This document shows, in pieces, positions 1-12,492 of a stretch of DNA of 64,000 nt; position 1 is the stretch's first letter, and each line of letters begins with the position of its first letter. The notes below the pieces were generated by a model that was given only the letters and a program-made list of their open reading frames with translations, was not told where the DNA came from and searched no databases. Source of the DNA: Camelus dromedarius (lineage: Eukaryota); contig NC_087436.1 in NCBI RefSeq assembly GCF_036321535.1, forward strand, positions 32,986,001 to 33,050,000, written 5' to 3'. The position numbers were made by a program, and so were the translations under genes.

Positions 1-149
1 ATCAAAGAGTGAATAGATTCTCATTTTAAAAAAACAGATCTGGTTTATTTGAGTTTTTTAGAAAGTTCTTTGGGCAATTAGTGATAACTTAAAACCAATG
101 CAAGCAGTTTCAATATGTTGTTCCCCAGTCTTTTCCATAGACTAATTGA

Positions 150-245
150 GCTCACTGGCACAAAATATTGTTTTTTCATCTGCAATATGGGGAAAATAAC
201 ACCTACCTTAAAGGGCTGTTTTGAGAATTAGATATAATGCTTGTG
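150..245 (+). mobile_element. MIR SINE fragment
   Basis: MIR core-like text 'ttttcatctgcaatatggggaaaataacacctaccttaaagggctgttttgagaatta'. Confidence 0.8.
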
Positions 246-569
246 CGTTTATATAGATTTAAATAATCTCAGGTTTTTAAGATTAACAACTTTATTGCAG
301 AATTAAGTCATTGAGGAAGAAGCAAAATAACCAGAAACATAGAACAACATCATTTCTAATCTAAATTTTTAAAAATATATAGCAAGTCCACATATCTCTG
401 ATCGTTACCTGTAAAGAATTGATCTGCAATTACTTTAAACTTTTCTGTATTTTATTTTGGAAGAAATGATTGTACAATACATCATATAATCACATGCAAC
501 ACAGTTATCTTTATATCTAAAAATGATAGTTATTAGATATTTTGGGTGGAGGCTATATACTATATTGGA

Positions 570-990
570 GAGAGCATAAGTTTAGTGTTCCACAGATATG
601 GGCTTAAATTCTGTTCCCACCACTTACTAACTAAGTACCTTGAATACTTAGTTTTCAAGGTCTTATTTTCTTATTTGTAACATGCGATTAATACTGTCTT
701 ATTGTACAAGGCTGCTGTGGGTTAAATAGGATTGCTAACCTCAGCACCTCAGTACTGTGGACATTTGGGGCCAAGTAATTCTTTGTTGTGGGAGCTGTCC
801 TATGCATTGTAGGATGTTCAGCAACATTCATGGCTTCTACACACTAGATACCAGTAGCACTTCTCCCACAGTTGTGACAGCCAAAATTGTCTCTAGGCAT
901 TGCTAGATTGCCCTCTGGTTCAAAACAACTGGTGTGTAATACACCTTGCATAAAACTGAGTAAGCATTCAAAGAATGATAGCTGTTACTA
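570..990 (+). mobile_element. MIR SINE, split by a MER20 insertion
   Basis: 'cttaaattctgttcccaccacttactaact...' up to about 727; the MIR 3' part resumes after about 932 ('taagcattcaaagaatgatagctgtta'). Confidence 0.7.
728..931 (-). mobile_element. MER20 (hAT-Charlie non-autonomous DNA transposon)
   Basis: Reverse complement matches the recalled MER20 consensus ('taattctttgttgtggg..ctgtcctatgcattgtaggatgttcagca...ctagataccagtagcact...gttgtgacagccaaaa..gtctct'). Confidence 0.9.
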
Positions 991-1369
991 CAGTTTAGCT
1001 CAGCAGTAACTAATAAGTTTTGACATTAATGACTTTATCAGAAATTAGCAGATTTGTCCCCAGTCATCTAATGTAGAGATCTTTGAGATAGGAATTCAAT
1101 AAGAATATTTTCATAAAGTTACTTGTTTATTTTATACTTGTAGGTTAGCTGAGTGAGTCAGTTCATCAATCATACTTTAAATCAATCAATTACAGAATGT
1201 AGATGATGTTAAATAATCACTAGGGGCAAAGTTATTGTACATGTAACTTTTATGTAGTCAAATCCTTAAAGGACATGTATTAAATAAAGGGACTAATTAG
1301 ACCTCATTGTGGGTCTATCTGCAGGATGCTGAGCAGCAAAGAACCCACGAATATTCTTTATCACTCTGA

Positions 1370-2320
1370 TTATTTGTTAGTCACTTATCATGCAACTATT
1401 TAATGTACTCTTCATTTTAAGCACTGTGTGAAGTCCCTGGGGAATCAGTGCCATTCCTTAAGGAGTCTAACGGGGAAGGTAGACAAATAAACCATAATTC
1501 AGTGAGATCTGAAATGTGGATTCATTTTTTGTAGGTTCTGTAAATTCACTTGGAATGTAAGATAAAACTTCCCCAAGGTGAAATCTGAGCTAAATGGTGA
1601 AATCAGAACAGAATTAAACAGGGTGAGAATCAGGAGTGGATATTCTATATTATAATAGCATATGAATAGGGTGTAGAGAATACTGTATACTTTACTTTCC
1701 TTAAGGATATCAGTGTACTGGTTGAGAGATGTGATTGAAGGGTTAGGTGGTCAGTTTATGAAATACTTCATACACACATTAAAAAGTTTGGAGTTTTCAG
1801 CTATAGTATCAATTAAATCATTATAATCTGGGGTATGATTTCATTTAATTTGCATTTTAGGTAACTCTGATGTAATAAAAAGGACTAGAGAGGGAAGACA
1901 ATTGCAGAAGCAGGAATACTTATAGTATATTGCAGTAATCCAGCTAAGAAGTGAGGAAAGCTTAAAACTAAGCTAATGACATTAAGAATAAAAGAAGGCA
2001 GAACCAAGAAAGCGTTTAGCAGGTAAAATTAAGAGGAATTGTTTACTAATTCTGTGGGAGGAATAGGGTAAATATATTGTACTTAGAACAACTACTACAG
2101 TTTCTCTTTGGGTGATTAGAGAATGGTGATTCCAATTTCAGAAACTGGGAATAGAAGGGAAGACACTGGATTTAGAGTGGTAGAGGAGCACAGGGGAACA
2201 AAGATGTTGGGTTCAGTCTTGGCCACATTGAATATGAGTTGCCAGTGGGACATTTGAATGGAGAATCCAGTCAGTAGGTCTCAATGAGTTAAATAGTAAA
2301 TACACTGGCATTAGGAGCAG
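1370..2320 (-). mobile_element. L2 LINE remnant
   Basis: Purine-rich antisense L2-like motifs, e.g. 'tttgcattttag', 'ttgcagtaatccag', 'gttcagtcttggccacattgaatatgagttgccagtgggacat'. Confidence 0.75.
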
Positions 2321-3509
2321 AGAAGTAAGAGAAGACTGTACCTTTTGGTAATATCTGATACTGATATCTGATAGAATCTTTTTTTTTTTTTTGAATGTTG
2401 ACTGAAACTAGTATCAGTCACAGGGATGTTGCCTAAATAGGAGTCAAGAATTAGAGGCTCTGTCTAATAGTGGATATATCAAATGAAACAGGCTGGTAAA
2501 CCCTTCAGATGTCAGTTTAGAAGAATAAATTTCTAGAGAATTAAAGAATAATACTTTGCATTGTCTGTAACTTAAAACACTTCAGCATAACCAGTGTTGT
2601 GTGTATGTGTGTGCTCAGTTTTAATCTGTATAGTGGGGGCTGGATATGGTTAGTTAAAATTAAAAATAACCAAATATGGAATACATATGCTGGGTAGGGG
2701 GAAGGTTTGGCTAGTTTTGTGAAAGGCTCTAATCACATTCCCACATTTTGGGGTGTCTAATCCAAGCTTTCAGCTCTCTTCATCTCAGAACAACACCAGA
2801 TGGCATACTAATTAGTGTGTTAGATATAGAAATGTTTTGTCATTGGTAAAATTAGTTATGTTCAAGATAATCTGTAATTGGCTAGGTTTCGAGCTGGGGC
2901 TCCTGCATGGACAGTAGTTTGGAATGTGGCAAACGTGATAGCCTGCATCCCTGAGAATGGTCCCTCAGTGTAGGGTCCCAAACCCATCCGGTGTGAGTGC
3001 ACTTGTCTGAGTTTTTTGTTTATTTGTTTTTGTTTTGTTTTTTGCCTGACTCCTACTGGGATGGCTGGATCCTGCCTCTAGGACATTGCTTTTTCTGCCT
3101 TGCATTGACCTTCTCTGCAGGATGCTGTTGAATACCTGAAGCAATAGGGAGCTGGTACTTCATCCAGCCTACAGAACTAGTTGCATTAGTGTTTTTGTTA
3201 CTACTGTCCTACTGTTAAACGTTTGTAGGTTTGGCAGGGTTTAGTCTGCAGTATTCATTTATTGCATTATTATACACACATCAGGGCTGCAGGTGAGATC
3301 TATAAAAGCTATGAATAAAAGCTACGAATATCTACTCCCAAGTAACCCAGTAATTGTGAATTACCAAATTAGATCAGTTTGCAACCATCTTCTGAATGAC
3401 ACAATGTAAAATTGCTTATTCCTTCATAGGTACCTGAGAGAATTTTGACAAGTCAAGTGACTGAGCTTTGATTTCCTTATTTAATAGGTCAAAAATAATA
3501 TTCTACAAC

Positions 3510-3740
3510 TAAAAATAGCTAATATTTTCTGAACACTGTTCTGATAATTTACATATATACATTTCATTTAATCTCCACACCACCGTATAACATTGTTAAA
3601 ACTATTATCCCCATTTTTTCGATTAGAAAATTAAGGCACAATGAAGTTAAGTAGCTTGTGTGTTCAAGGTCACACTTGTAAGTAATAGGCCTGAGATTAT
3701 AAGATTAGTCAGCCTGGTTCTAGAGACCATGCTCTTAAAC
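3510..3740 (-). mobile_element. MIR SINE
   Basis: 'catttaatctccaca...actattatccccattttt...aaattaaggcaca..gaagttaagtagcttg..caaggtcacac'. Confidence 0.85.
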
Positions 3741-5269
3741 ACAAACCCTCTGTGAACTCACTAGGTTAAATGAGATAATTTATGTGAAAATTCTTAATAA
3801 TGTATCTGTCATTAGATAGACACTGAAATATTACTCAAATATGAGTTGGTCCTAGAATGATCCAAACTTCATGCATATTTATGCACTTATTTTGTTATAG
3901 TGGACCTGCATTTATGAAGTAATCACAGTGTTCAAGTACAAAATACAAGTCTGGTACTAGGAGATCCCTCAGAAAAACTTAAAGGATACTTATGGAGTAC
4001 TGAAGTGAATAGTTCCTTATTATGCTACAGGGTGCAACTTTATCCTGTATGTATTACATCCATGTTTTACTTTGGTTTTATTATTTTTAATAGATCCATT
4101 AAAACTGTATTCTTGAACACAGTATTTCTATAGTTGAAAAATTCTTCAAAGGTTTTAATAAAACTTCCTCAGTCAGCAATGCTTTTTATTTCCAAAAAAT
4201 TTCCAGATCTATTTAGGAAAAAATCAACTTACTTTTTAGTTAGAAGGTCCTATAAAGCAGTTCTGACTTTTCCACTAATTGTTGGTCAGACCTTGAAAAG
4301 TATAATTGGAAACTAGGTTATTTTTCTGTATACTACCTTCACATACTAATTTTTACTGACTGAAGTATTTTCTTGGCTAGGTTTCATTAGAACTAGGCAA
4401 GAGATTAAAGAGCTTTCTTTTCTTTTTCTCTTTTCTTTCCTTTCTTTCTAAAATACGATAACTTTTTTCTAGGTATGTATCAGCTTTAGATAAGACTTCT
4501 GAGATCAAGAACTCTACAAAGGAAGTTAAAACATTGCTTCTCAGTTTTAGACTTTCCACAAATGTGTTCAGTTCACCTAACAGCATCTCTGTCGAATGGC
4601 CAGGGGAATATGGAGGAGAAATGAGATTTCATTCTGAGTTTTAGAGGCAGGAGGAGAGAATGTTTGTTCCATGTGTTCACTCTTTGGAAAGCAGAGGATG
4701 GTCTGTTTGTCATTAATATTAACATGAATTAGTGTTGCTTACTTCCCATCGGGAACCTATGATATAAAGACAGGGTGGGCCAAACTCATTCCCAAGAAAG
4801 TTGGGTAAATATTCCAGAGGAGCTATAGACCTAGCATTTGAAAAATGTAAACAGGGATGAAACAGCAAAGCCTGTAAGAGTGAGAGAGACTTTTTTTCAC
4901 CCCTGCCAATGTGCAGTTCAGTTGTGGTACTTTCTGTGCTGAGAAACACAGGGAGAAAAAAAATCTTTAATAAGCAGAGTGGATGGGTTTTTTGTGTAAA
5001 TTAAAGTGACTTACTGTTTTGTTTTTAAATAAGACATTAAATATGTTGTATCCATTTATAAAGTAGGATTTTAAAATCAAGTTTTTTTCCTTATGTTAAA
5101 TTCTGTAACATAGTATAGTAAGGAGAACAGATCTTTAACAAATCAGTCATTTAAAGACCCAAAATCCAGGTAGTTTAAAACTGTAGAAATGACAATAAGC
5201 AGTAACTTTAATAGTATATACTGTCATAATTATAGCTACATGTATGATTATAGTTACTATAGATAAGCT

Positions 5270-5430
5270 ATTTGTAGGTTTACAGGAATTATTTCATTAA
5301 ATCAAAGCAACCCTACTAGTGCTCTCATTTTACATTTGAGGAAACTGAAGATGGTAGTGGTTAGTTTTCCCAAGATCTCATGCCTAACTGGTGGAGTTGG
5401 GACTTAACCAAACACACATAGTTCCACTTT
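5270..5430 (-). mobile_element. MIR SINE fragment
   Basis: 'ctcattttacatttgaggaaactgaag...ttcccaagatctca'. Confidence 0.7.
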
Positions 5431-6089
5431 CCATTTAAATAGTGTTCTTTTTCAAACAAGTATTGGACAAATTTTAGTGATTTTTCCCCCTATGTTCTTA
5501 CAGAGGATTTAGAACAGATGACTGCACTTTAGCAGTTTTAGTAGCTGAGGAAGACAGTACTCTGCACTTGTATGGAAGCCGGTCACTTAATTTCTATGTT
5601 CTGTGTAGCAAGTAGAAACTTGGCTTGTCGAAGGTATTTAGTAAATAAATATTGGAGGATTATTGTAAATTCTTTAATCCAGTCATTTCAGGATTGAAGC
5701 AGATTGTCTAACTGCTTACTGAGCAATGAAACTCTCAATAGACTCTGAATATGAAATATGTGAATAAAGATTAGTGCTGTTGAAAAGTGTTTCTTCAAAA
5801 GATCTAAGAGTTAAGGTGGACTGGTGGATGGAAAGAATGGATTATGAATGGTCACATATGTTCTTGGTATTTTTTGACTGTTAAAAGTCATATCTCCCTT
5901 TGTTCAGAGCTCTTTATTTTGATTAGTTTAAATAGAGTAATAAAAAAACAGAGTAAACAAAGAGCAGGAACACCTCTCTTTAGACTGAGATCACCTCTTT
6001 AATTTTTCCACAAATAAAAAAGCAAGATGTTTATGAGTAGAAGGCAATGAAGAACATTGACAGTATCTGATCTTACCTAATTTTCAAAC

Positions 6090-6310
6090 TTAATATTGAA
6101 TGTTTGCTCTGTATCAGAAGTGATGCTAGATATTTTATATGTGTTAACTTTTTTAATCCTTATAGCAACTTGGGAAATAAGTACTATGTTTACTCTTTAC
6201 TTTATAAAACACAAAGTGAAGCACAAAAACTTTCCCAGGGTCATAAACCTTTGAGAAGGAAAATCAGAGCCTGCTGCATTCACAGACAAAAGCATACTTT
6301 TCTAATCTTT
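6090..6310 (-). mobile_element. MIR SINE fragment
   Basis: 'tttaatccttatagcaacttgggaaataagtactat...gtgaagcaca...ttcccagggtcata'. Confidence 0.65.
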
Positions 6311-6339
6311 TCCCATGAAGAGAGTTAACAGTGATCTTA

Positions 6340-7326
6340 CCACTCCTGCCCTTTGTCATCATATAGTCCAGAGGAGCTGGACTGCCTGGACATTCCATAG
6401 ATTATCTTATTATTTCTTATTTGTACTATACTGATTGTATCATGGTAATTATACAAAATGAGCTACTGGGAAAAGGCTAGTACATTTGAAGGCTTGGTAG
6501 GCAGAAGGAAGGAGATGAACCCTATGATGATTCAATTACCCACAGTATTAGTTAAGGCTTTTTGGATTTTAATAGGCTAGAGCATGCTGTGTGACATCAC
6601 CTCCAAAGTAAAAGATGGATCATTTTCATCATCTCTATTCCTAAGAAAGAAGCACAATGCTTGGTAAACCACTTGATCACTTTAGGCTTCTTGTGGCAAG
6701 GAGGCAATAAGGAAGAATGGAGTAATCACACTGGCAGAGGTAAATGACCCTGATCATCCAGAAGAGGTAGGGCTGCTGCTAGACAACGTGGACAGAGAAT
6801 AGTATGTTTGCTATTTAGGCGATTTGTTTGGACATCTCTCAGTGTTTCTATACCTTCAGCCATAGCCTGAGAAGAGCACAGTAACTAGGGATCTGGACTC
6901 ACAGAGATGAAGGTCTGGGTCATTCTATCAGGCAGTTTGCCTAGTCCATCTCTTAGTATCTCAATGGAAATGGCCAGGGGAAAAAGGTGATTTCTTTCTG
7001 AATTTTAAAGACAAGGGGAGAGAATTTTGTTCCTTGTGTTCACTCTTTGGAAAGCAGAGGATTGTCTGCTTGTCATTAGAATTAGCATGAATTAGAGTTA
7101 CTAGCCAAGGATGAGGGGAATCTATAAGGGCAGTGGAAAGGGGAATGATGATTAACAGTTAATAGCCTCAAGAGCTGCAACAGTGGGGGCTGTGGTTCAT
7201 TCCGTTAACACTTCGCTTGTAAGTTTTCCCAGAAAATAAGACCAATCAAAACAGGGCGGAAACTCTTTCCAGATGGGATGAACTTACTTTGAGAAGGAGG
7301 CAATCTGAGCGGTGCAAGGAGTAGAC
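6340..7326 (+). mobile_element. ERVL internal remnant (HERV16/ERV3-16A3-like), degraded pol to 3' end
   Basis: 'ctgccctttgtcatcatatagtccagagg..ctggactgcctggacattcc' and 'tactatactgattgtatcatg' resemble ERVL RT around the YIDD motif; ends in a PPT-like 'gtgcaaggagtagac' immediately before an LTR16 start. Confidence 0.75.
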
Positions 7327-7435
7327 TGTAGTGGATTGTGAAGTTCTCCTCACAGATTCCCAAGCTGATGGTTTGTAGCTCTGCCCCTTATCGAGAATTT
7401 CACTTAGCCCCATGGAACTGCCTAGTCCAAGGCAG
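7327..7435 (+). mobile_element. LTR16-family 3' LTR, 5' portion
   Basis: Begins 'tgtagtggattgtg...cagattccc', like the LTR16 5' end, directly after the ERVL internal sequence. Confidence 0.65.
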
Positions 7436-7444
7436 TTGTACCAA

Positions 7445-7911
7445 AGATTTAGTTTGTTTCTATTTCACTATGTTTGAGGTCTCAGCTGGGAAGATTTGAA
7501 GACTAGGAATTATTCTGTGGCTGAGCTTTGGGACATCTGGAGGCATCAACTCTCATGTCTGGACGTTGTTGCTGGTTATAGGCTGAGACCTTATTTGGAC
7601 TGTCAGCTGGAACACCTACACTGTGGCTCTTATTATGATCTCTCATATTGCTCTGGTTTGGGTTTCACAGCACAGAAAGTGGATTTCAAGAGATACCAGC
7701 CAAAGAGAATGAGGCAGAAGTACTTGGCATTTTATGGTCTAGTTTTAGAAGTCATATACTATCAATTCTGCTATACTGTAGTGATCAAGAAAGTCACTAA
7801 CGTCCACTGTGCTCCAAAGGAAAGGGGTGTAATGTCAATTTCCCATTGTAAGAAGATCATGGAGGATATGAGATACTGATATAACCATCTTTGGAAAGTA
7901 TAATCTGCCAC
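7445..7911 (-). mobile_element. MaLR LTR, MLT1G/H-like
   Basis: Ends in 'ccatctttggaaagtataatctgccaca', the reverse complement of the MLT1G/H 5' end; contains 'ggtctcagctgggaaga' and 'ctagttttagaagtca'. Confidence 0.8.
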
Positions 7912-8039
7912 ATCAAGGAATAGAGACTAACTGTTTCTCTTTCCTGTGTATCCTGCTTTTTCCATCACATCACTGATGCATTAATTTTCTTGAAAAAAAT
8001 ACCTTGAACAAAGCAGCTCCTTGACAAAAATAAAAAACA

Positions 8040-8440
8040 AAACAGAACATAAAACTATCAAAGTTCCCTTACTGCTTATAGAATGAAGTGTAAATTTCTT
8101 TAATTAGCATTCTAGAACCTCATAAATGTAGATATAATGTCTTTTTACCCCTTACTTCGTGTTATTTTCAGACATATACTGTAGCTTTTAGCCTACTTAC
8201 ATAATTTACCATTGCCGGGATGTGTCCTGAGCTTTTCACTTTTGTACCTTTTACATGTATTTTTCTGATCTTAGCATTCCACCATAGAAGTACCTTCAGT
8301 GTTTGCCTAATAAAACCCTACTCATCTTTTAAGGCTTTTCTTCCTGCCCGAACCAGAAGTGATTACTCCTTTCTTCTTTCAAGACTAGTGCAGCACTGGT
8401 CAAGTACCAGCCATGTCTCATTTATCATACTGTGGTAGAG
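8040..8440 (+). mobile_element. L2 LINE remnant
   Basis: 'ttccctt.actgcttatagaatgaagtgtaaatttctt', 'cctactcatcttttaaggc'. Confidence 0.65.
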
Positions 8441-9109
8441 TATATGTTATTTTGGAAAGAGGCAATGTTTTATTGTGATCTGGTTTGTTGGTTAGTGCTA
8501 TTCCCAATGGAAAGAGGATGTCCTCTCAGCACAAACTTTAGAGAAAGACCATACCTATCTCTAACCTTATTGCTTCTGTGAACTAGTTATTTATCACAAT
8601 ATGACCCCACCTAAAAATCCTGAGTACTTTATTTTGTCCATATTTCAAAACATTCAAAAAGCTAACTCATCTCTCATTGGGTTTCCAGGGAACCTAGAGT
8701 GTTAATGAGAAGACACACAGCTATTTGATAATATTGATGAGCCACAGAATGACTGTGATGGAGTAGAATCAGTTGGAATAAGTGACACATTGATTTCCAG
8801 GGAAGAATGTTCAAGAGGGAGATATATATATATTCAAATATACATATATTTGAATTCAAATGTTTTATGCATACTTTGTATATAAATCTTTTAAAAATTT
8901 TATAAAATTTGGTGAGAACATGAAATTCAACAGCTTATTTTAGGATTTTTGCAAGTTTAAGTTTGTTGATATGCTCTGTGACTCTCTAAGAAGGGTCTGT
9001 GCTAAAGCAGCATTTTTCTGTGTACCTATCCCTGTGAGATTATGGGCTCAGAACTCGAACTCTTCCAAGAATTACATGTAAAAAGGCAGCCATGTTATAG
9101 TGTGACTCT

Positions 9110-9510
9110 GCCTTCTACTGCTTTGCCTGAGGGAGGACTTGATGCAGCAGGGCCAATGAGTCTTTGTTGCAGGATTTTTGAATTTAGAACTGAAAGAGAT
9201 TTGGGCTAGTCTTGCTTGGGTGCTTGGATTGTGGGTAAATTATAATACTCAGGAACTGTTGGTAGCCTTCCTTCCCACCATGTATAGGTGAAAAGAGCCT
9301 GGTTTCCACCAAGAAACAGAAGAATGAAGCAGGGAGGAAAAAAAGAGAAGTCCTAAGAGCATTTGAGTCCTTGGATCTAGCTGCTTCTGCGTCTAGTCAC
9401 ATTCTTGACCTTAAGTTCCATGTGACATTCCATATTCCTTATAAACATTCTCCCGCTTTCTTAATCTAGTTCTTTTTTTTCCTACTTATAACCAAAAGTA
9501 TTCCAATTAA
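9110..9510 (+). mobile_element. MaLR LTR, old MLT1 (K/L-like)
   Basis: 'gggccaatgagtc', 'catttgagtccttggatctagctg', 3' end 'cttataaccaaaagtattcc'. Confidence 0.65.
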
Positions 9511-9929
9511 AATGCCATAGGGCACTTTTTTCTCAGAACACTTTATGTGATTAAAGTTACATAAAACTTATTTTGGATAATGCTGGCTATAAAATGATAA
9601 AAATCAAACAAAAGGGGCAGCTTCTCCAAAGCTCAGGATAGGACAGATTGGTTCAAATCTGATTCCTCTAAATTCCTAATCTGTAGCACATTATCAGTTT
9701 TATATTTACATGTACATATTTATGAACATAACCATAGAATTTCAGAGCTTCAGAGGTCCTTGGAAATAATAACTTGTAAAGTTTTACATGTAAAGAAATG
9801 ATGGTCCAGAGAGGGCCAATGTTTTACCCATGATCACACAGATAAATGGCAGTGATCTCTACCATACATTTTCCATACTTTGCAACCATGCAAAGACACC
9901 TCAGTGAATCTCTCCAGATCTTGCTTATT

Positions 9930-10248
9930 TGCGGGAAGTGATGTGGCAACCTCCCAGGTGCTTCTCAGAGGCCCACCATTTCCCTTGAACTTCCTACTTT
10001 TTGTTTTATACCTGCTGGATCGTGGTGACAACTGTAGCAGTCACTTTACACACAGATATGGAAACCACAAGTGAAGGCAGGTAGAGCAGCCCCAGCAGCA
10101 GAGTCCCCAGACACCCCCGTGGAGCAGAGCCCATTACCCGTCCTGGAATTTTCCATAAGAGAGGAATCATCTTTTGCTTTGTCTAAGCCCTTGTACTTTG
10201 GCTCTGTTTGTTACAGCTACAGCTGCTCATCTTATACCCCAACTAATA
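9930..10248 (+). mobile_element. MaLR LTR, old MLT1 (J/K-like) 3' part
   Basis: 'gcgggaagtgatgtggcaacctcc', 'gtctaagcccttgtactttggctctgtttgttacagc...aactaata'. Confidence 0.65.
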
Positions 10249-12370
10249 TCACCCCAAAGTAAACCCTCATGAGGTCATTGTAAGATTGAAACTGGTAACC
10301 ACAGTCAGCAGTGGGTACATAATATCTGTACTATTTTACTTTTCACTGAGTGTCTGGCCTCTTTTGTAATTGACACTTCAGACACCATTATTGGGGCCAG
10401 AGCTCGTCTGTGTGTATTTTTCTCAGTAAATCATTTGATCCATGCCAATAACTGTGGACCAGGGGCACTTCACTTTAAGCACATCCAAGATGTGGGAACC
10501 TACCCTGAGTCAGCATTCTGGGGTCCTAATTGTCTAGGAAGTAAATTTATAGAGCAGATACCAGATTCCAAGTTTCATTATATTTTGTTCTCAGAGAGAA
10601 GTTAGTTCACTTGGAAGATTAAAGCACTGTGCTACTTATTTTGTGTTCATCTTTAAGTTATTGTGGCATGTATTACAAGAAGGAGTATATGTTCTCATTT
10701 ACTACTTTACCACAGATCTTGAATATGGAGACATCTTAAATAGGGAAATGAGAGAGTGATCTGCCTGTTTAATTTTCTAGCAGCCACCAATATGGATACC
10801 AATTAGTTCTCAAATGAACAGTGATGTTATGTCTGGGATGATGCCCAGAAGGTGATGGTCCAAGATGAGCAACTCATTCAGGCTCCTGAGGTATCACTAA
10901 GAGTTTCTTTTTCACTAATGCCACTTTCAGAATATGCGGATAGTGTATTCCGGCCAAAAAATCAGATTTCAAAAAGGAGAAGAGTGAAGATTAAAAAAAA
11001 AAAAAAAAAAAAGGAAAATCAAGAGGGGACTGTATATATCTTGTACTGAAGTTAGGTCACATTTTATTTTTTTTAATTTTAAATAGGATCCAAAGTGCCT
11101 TTGTACTGACATGTGAAGTAATCAGCCCTTTTGTGATTGACTAATTATCACACAGTGGTAATGACCAGGAGGACAAAGACACCTTCAGAAATAGGGCCTA
11201 TTAACTTTAATACAGAGAACGCTGGCTTTGCTTGAAAACTCAGTGGTTAGAGGACGATTACCGGGGAAATGCCTCCCAATCTTGAGCCACTGCAGATCTG
11301 GACAGGGATATATAAAGACATTATTAATTTGGATGAAAGTTTTGTTTTTGCCAATATAACTTTTATTTGGCTCCAGATAAGAGGGTTGTTCAGAGCTTTT
11401 CGAAAGACCTTTAGTATGCTATTTATTAGAGAAACATTCATTTAATCAAATAACACTCACTTTATAGAGGAAGAAATATTCGTCTGCTTTGAGGGCCATA
11501 GGTCATACACTGGAGTATGGCTTTGGTCACTGACAGTGCTGACATGATGGGGATTTTTTTCTCTTTCCCTTCTGAGGATTCTTTTCTGTAACCTCTGGCT
11601 GCATTAGAAACTTCACTGCTTAACAGAAACAATTGTTCTTTGTTCTTGTGGCCAAATGAATGCTCTTGTTTTCCAGTCCAGTTCTGCTGGCAGGTTAGAT
11701 GCAATCAGGGGTGTCATCAAGGGGGGGCAGAGAATATGCAGAATACAACCACTTGTTGTTTTTGGAGGCAGAATGCCCACTTTTTTGGCACAGTCAAAGC
11801 TAAGCACATGTGAGAGCAATGAAGGCTAAACTGTGGATCTTTCAATGTGATGGTTAATGCTTTGCACAAATTCAAAGTGATGGTTGAGAGCATCAACATT
11901 TCTGATCAACACTTTCCTAAGATGGACACTTACACAGACAGACATTTTTACACATCTCACAAACTCTGGGCTCAAATGTGCTGCATTAAATACATCCATA
12001 ATGCCAACACCTTAGCTCTTGTTCTAGAATCTTTTACTTGATGTCTTCAGTAGAAATCCTGTAATAAAATGACTTGGGGAAAGAATAATGTCTGAATGTG
12101 CATAGAGAAGTCTCATTTATTTGTCGCAAATTTTAGGGTTTTTAGCTAGGTTTCTATCACCTGGGGCTAGGTCTTCCCCTCTCCACAAACACTTCATTTT
12201 TCATTACATTTATTTTCCTCCTGCTGCACTGGTTCTCTCATTCTTTGGTCACTATATATGAGTTAGCTTCATAAAGCGCAGTGGTGCCTACTTCCCTGTG
12301 GTAAGTAAAGGTTAGGGTATTGGAAAAGATTCACCTTTGTGTTTGTAATTCCTGATACTCTCTAAGAGTA

Positions 12371-12492
12371 GAAAAATTAATGGTGGAGCTAAAATCTAAC
12401 TCAGGAAGGTATCATCATGACCAAGAGGTATGAAAAATTAATGTTGGAGCTAAAATCTAACTCAGGAAGGTATCATCATGACCAAGAGGTAT
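12371..12492. repeat. Tandem duplication, 2 x 61 bp
   Basis: 'gaaaaattaatg(g/t)tggagctaaaatctaactcaggaaggtatcatcatgaccaagaggtat' occurs at 12371 and 12432 with one mismatch. Confidence 0.95.

Noticed and set aside
2880..3045. GC-richer stretch followed by a T-rich tract, resembling a small-RNA gene or retrocopy
   Set aside because: It matches no tRNA, snRNA, 7SL, Y or vault RNA that I recognise, and I see no clear A/B boxes or TSD.
8490..9040. Possible hAT-Charlie remnant
   Set aside because: Only a short motif ('gtgactctctaagaaggg...gcagcatttt') looks familiar. I cannot support a family or boundaries.
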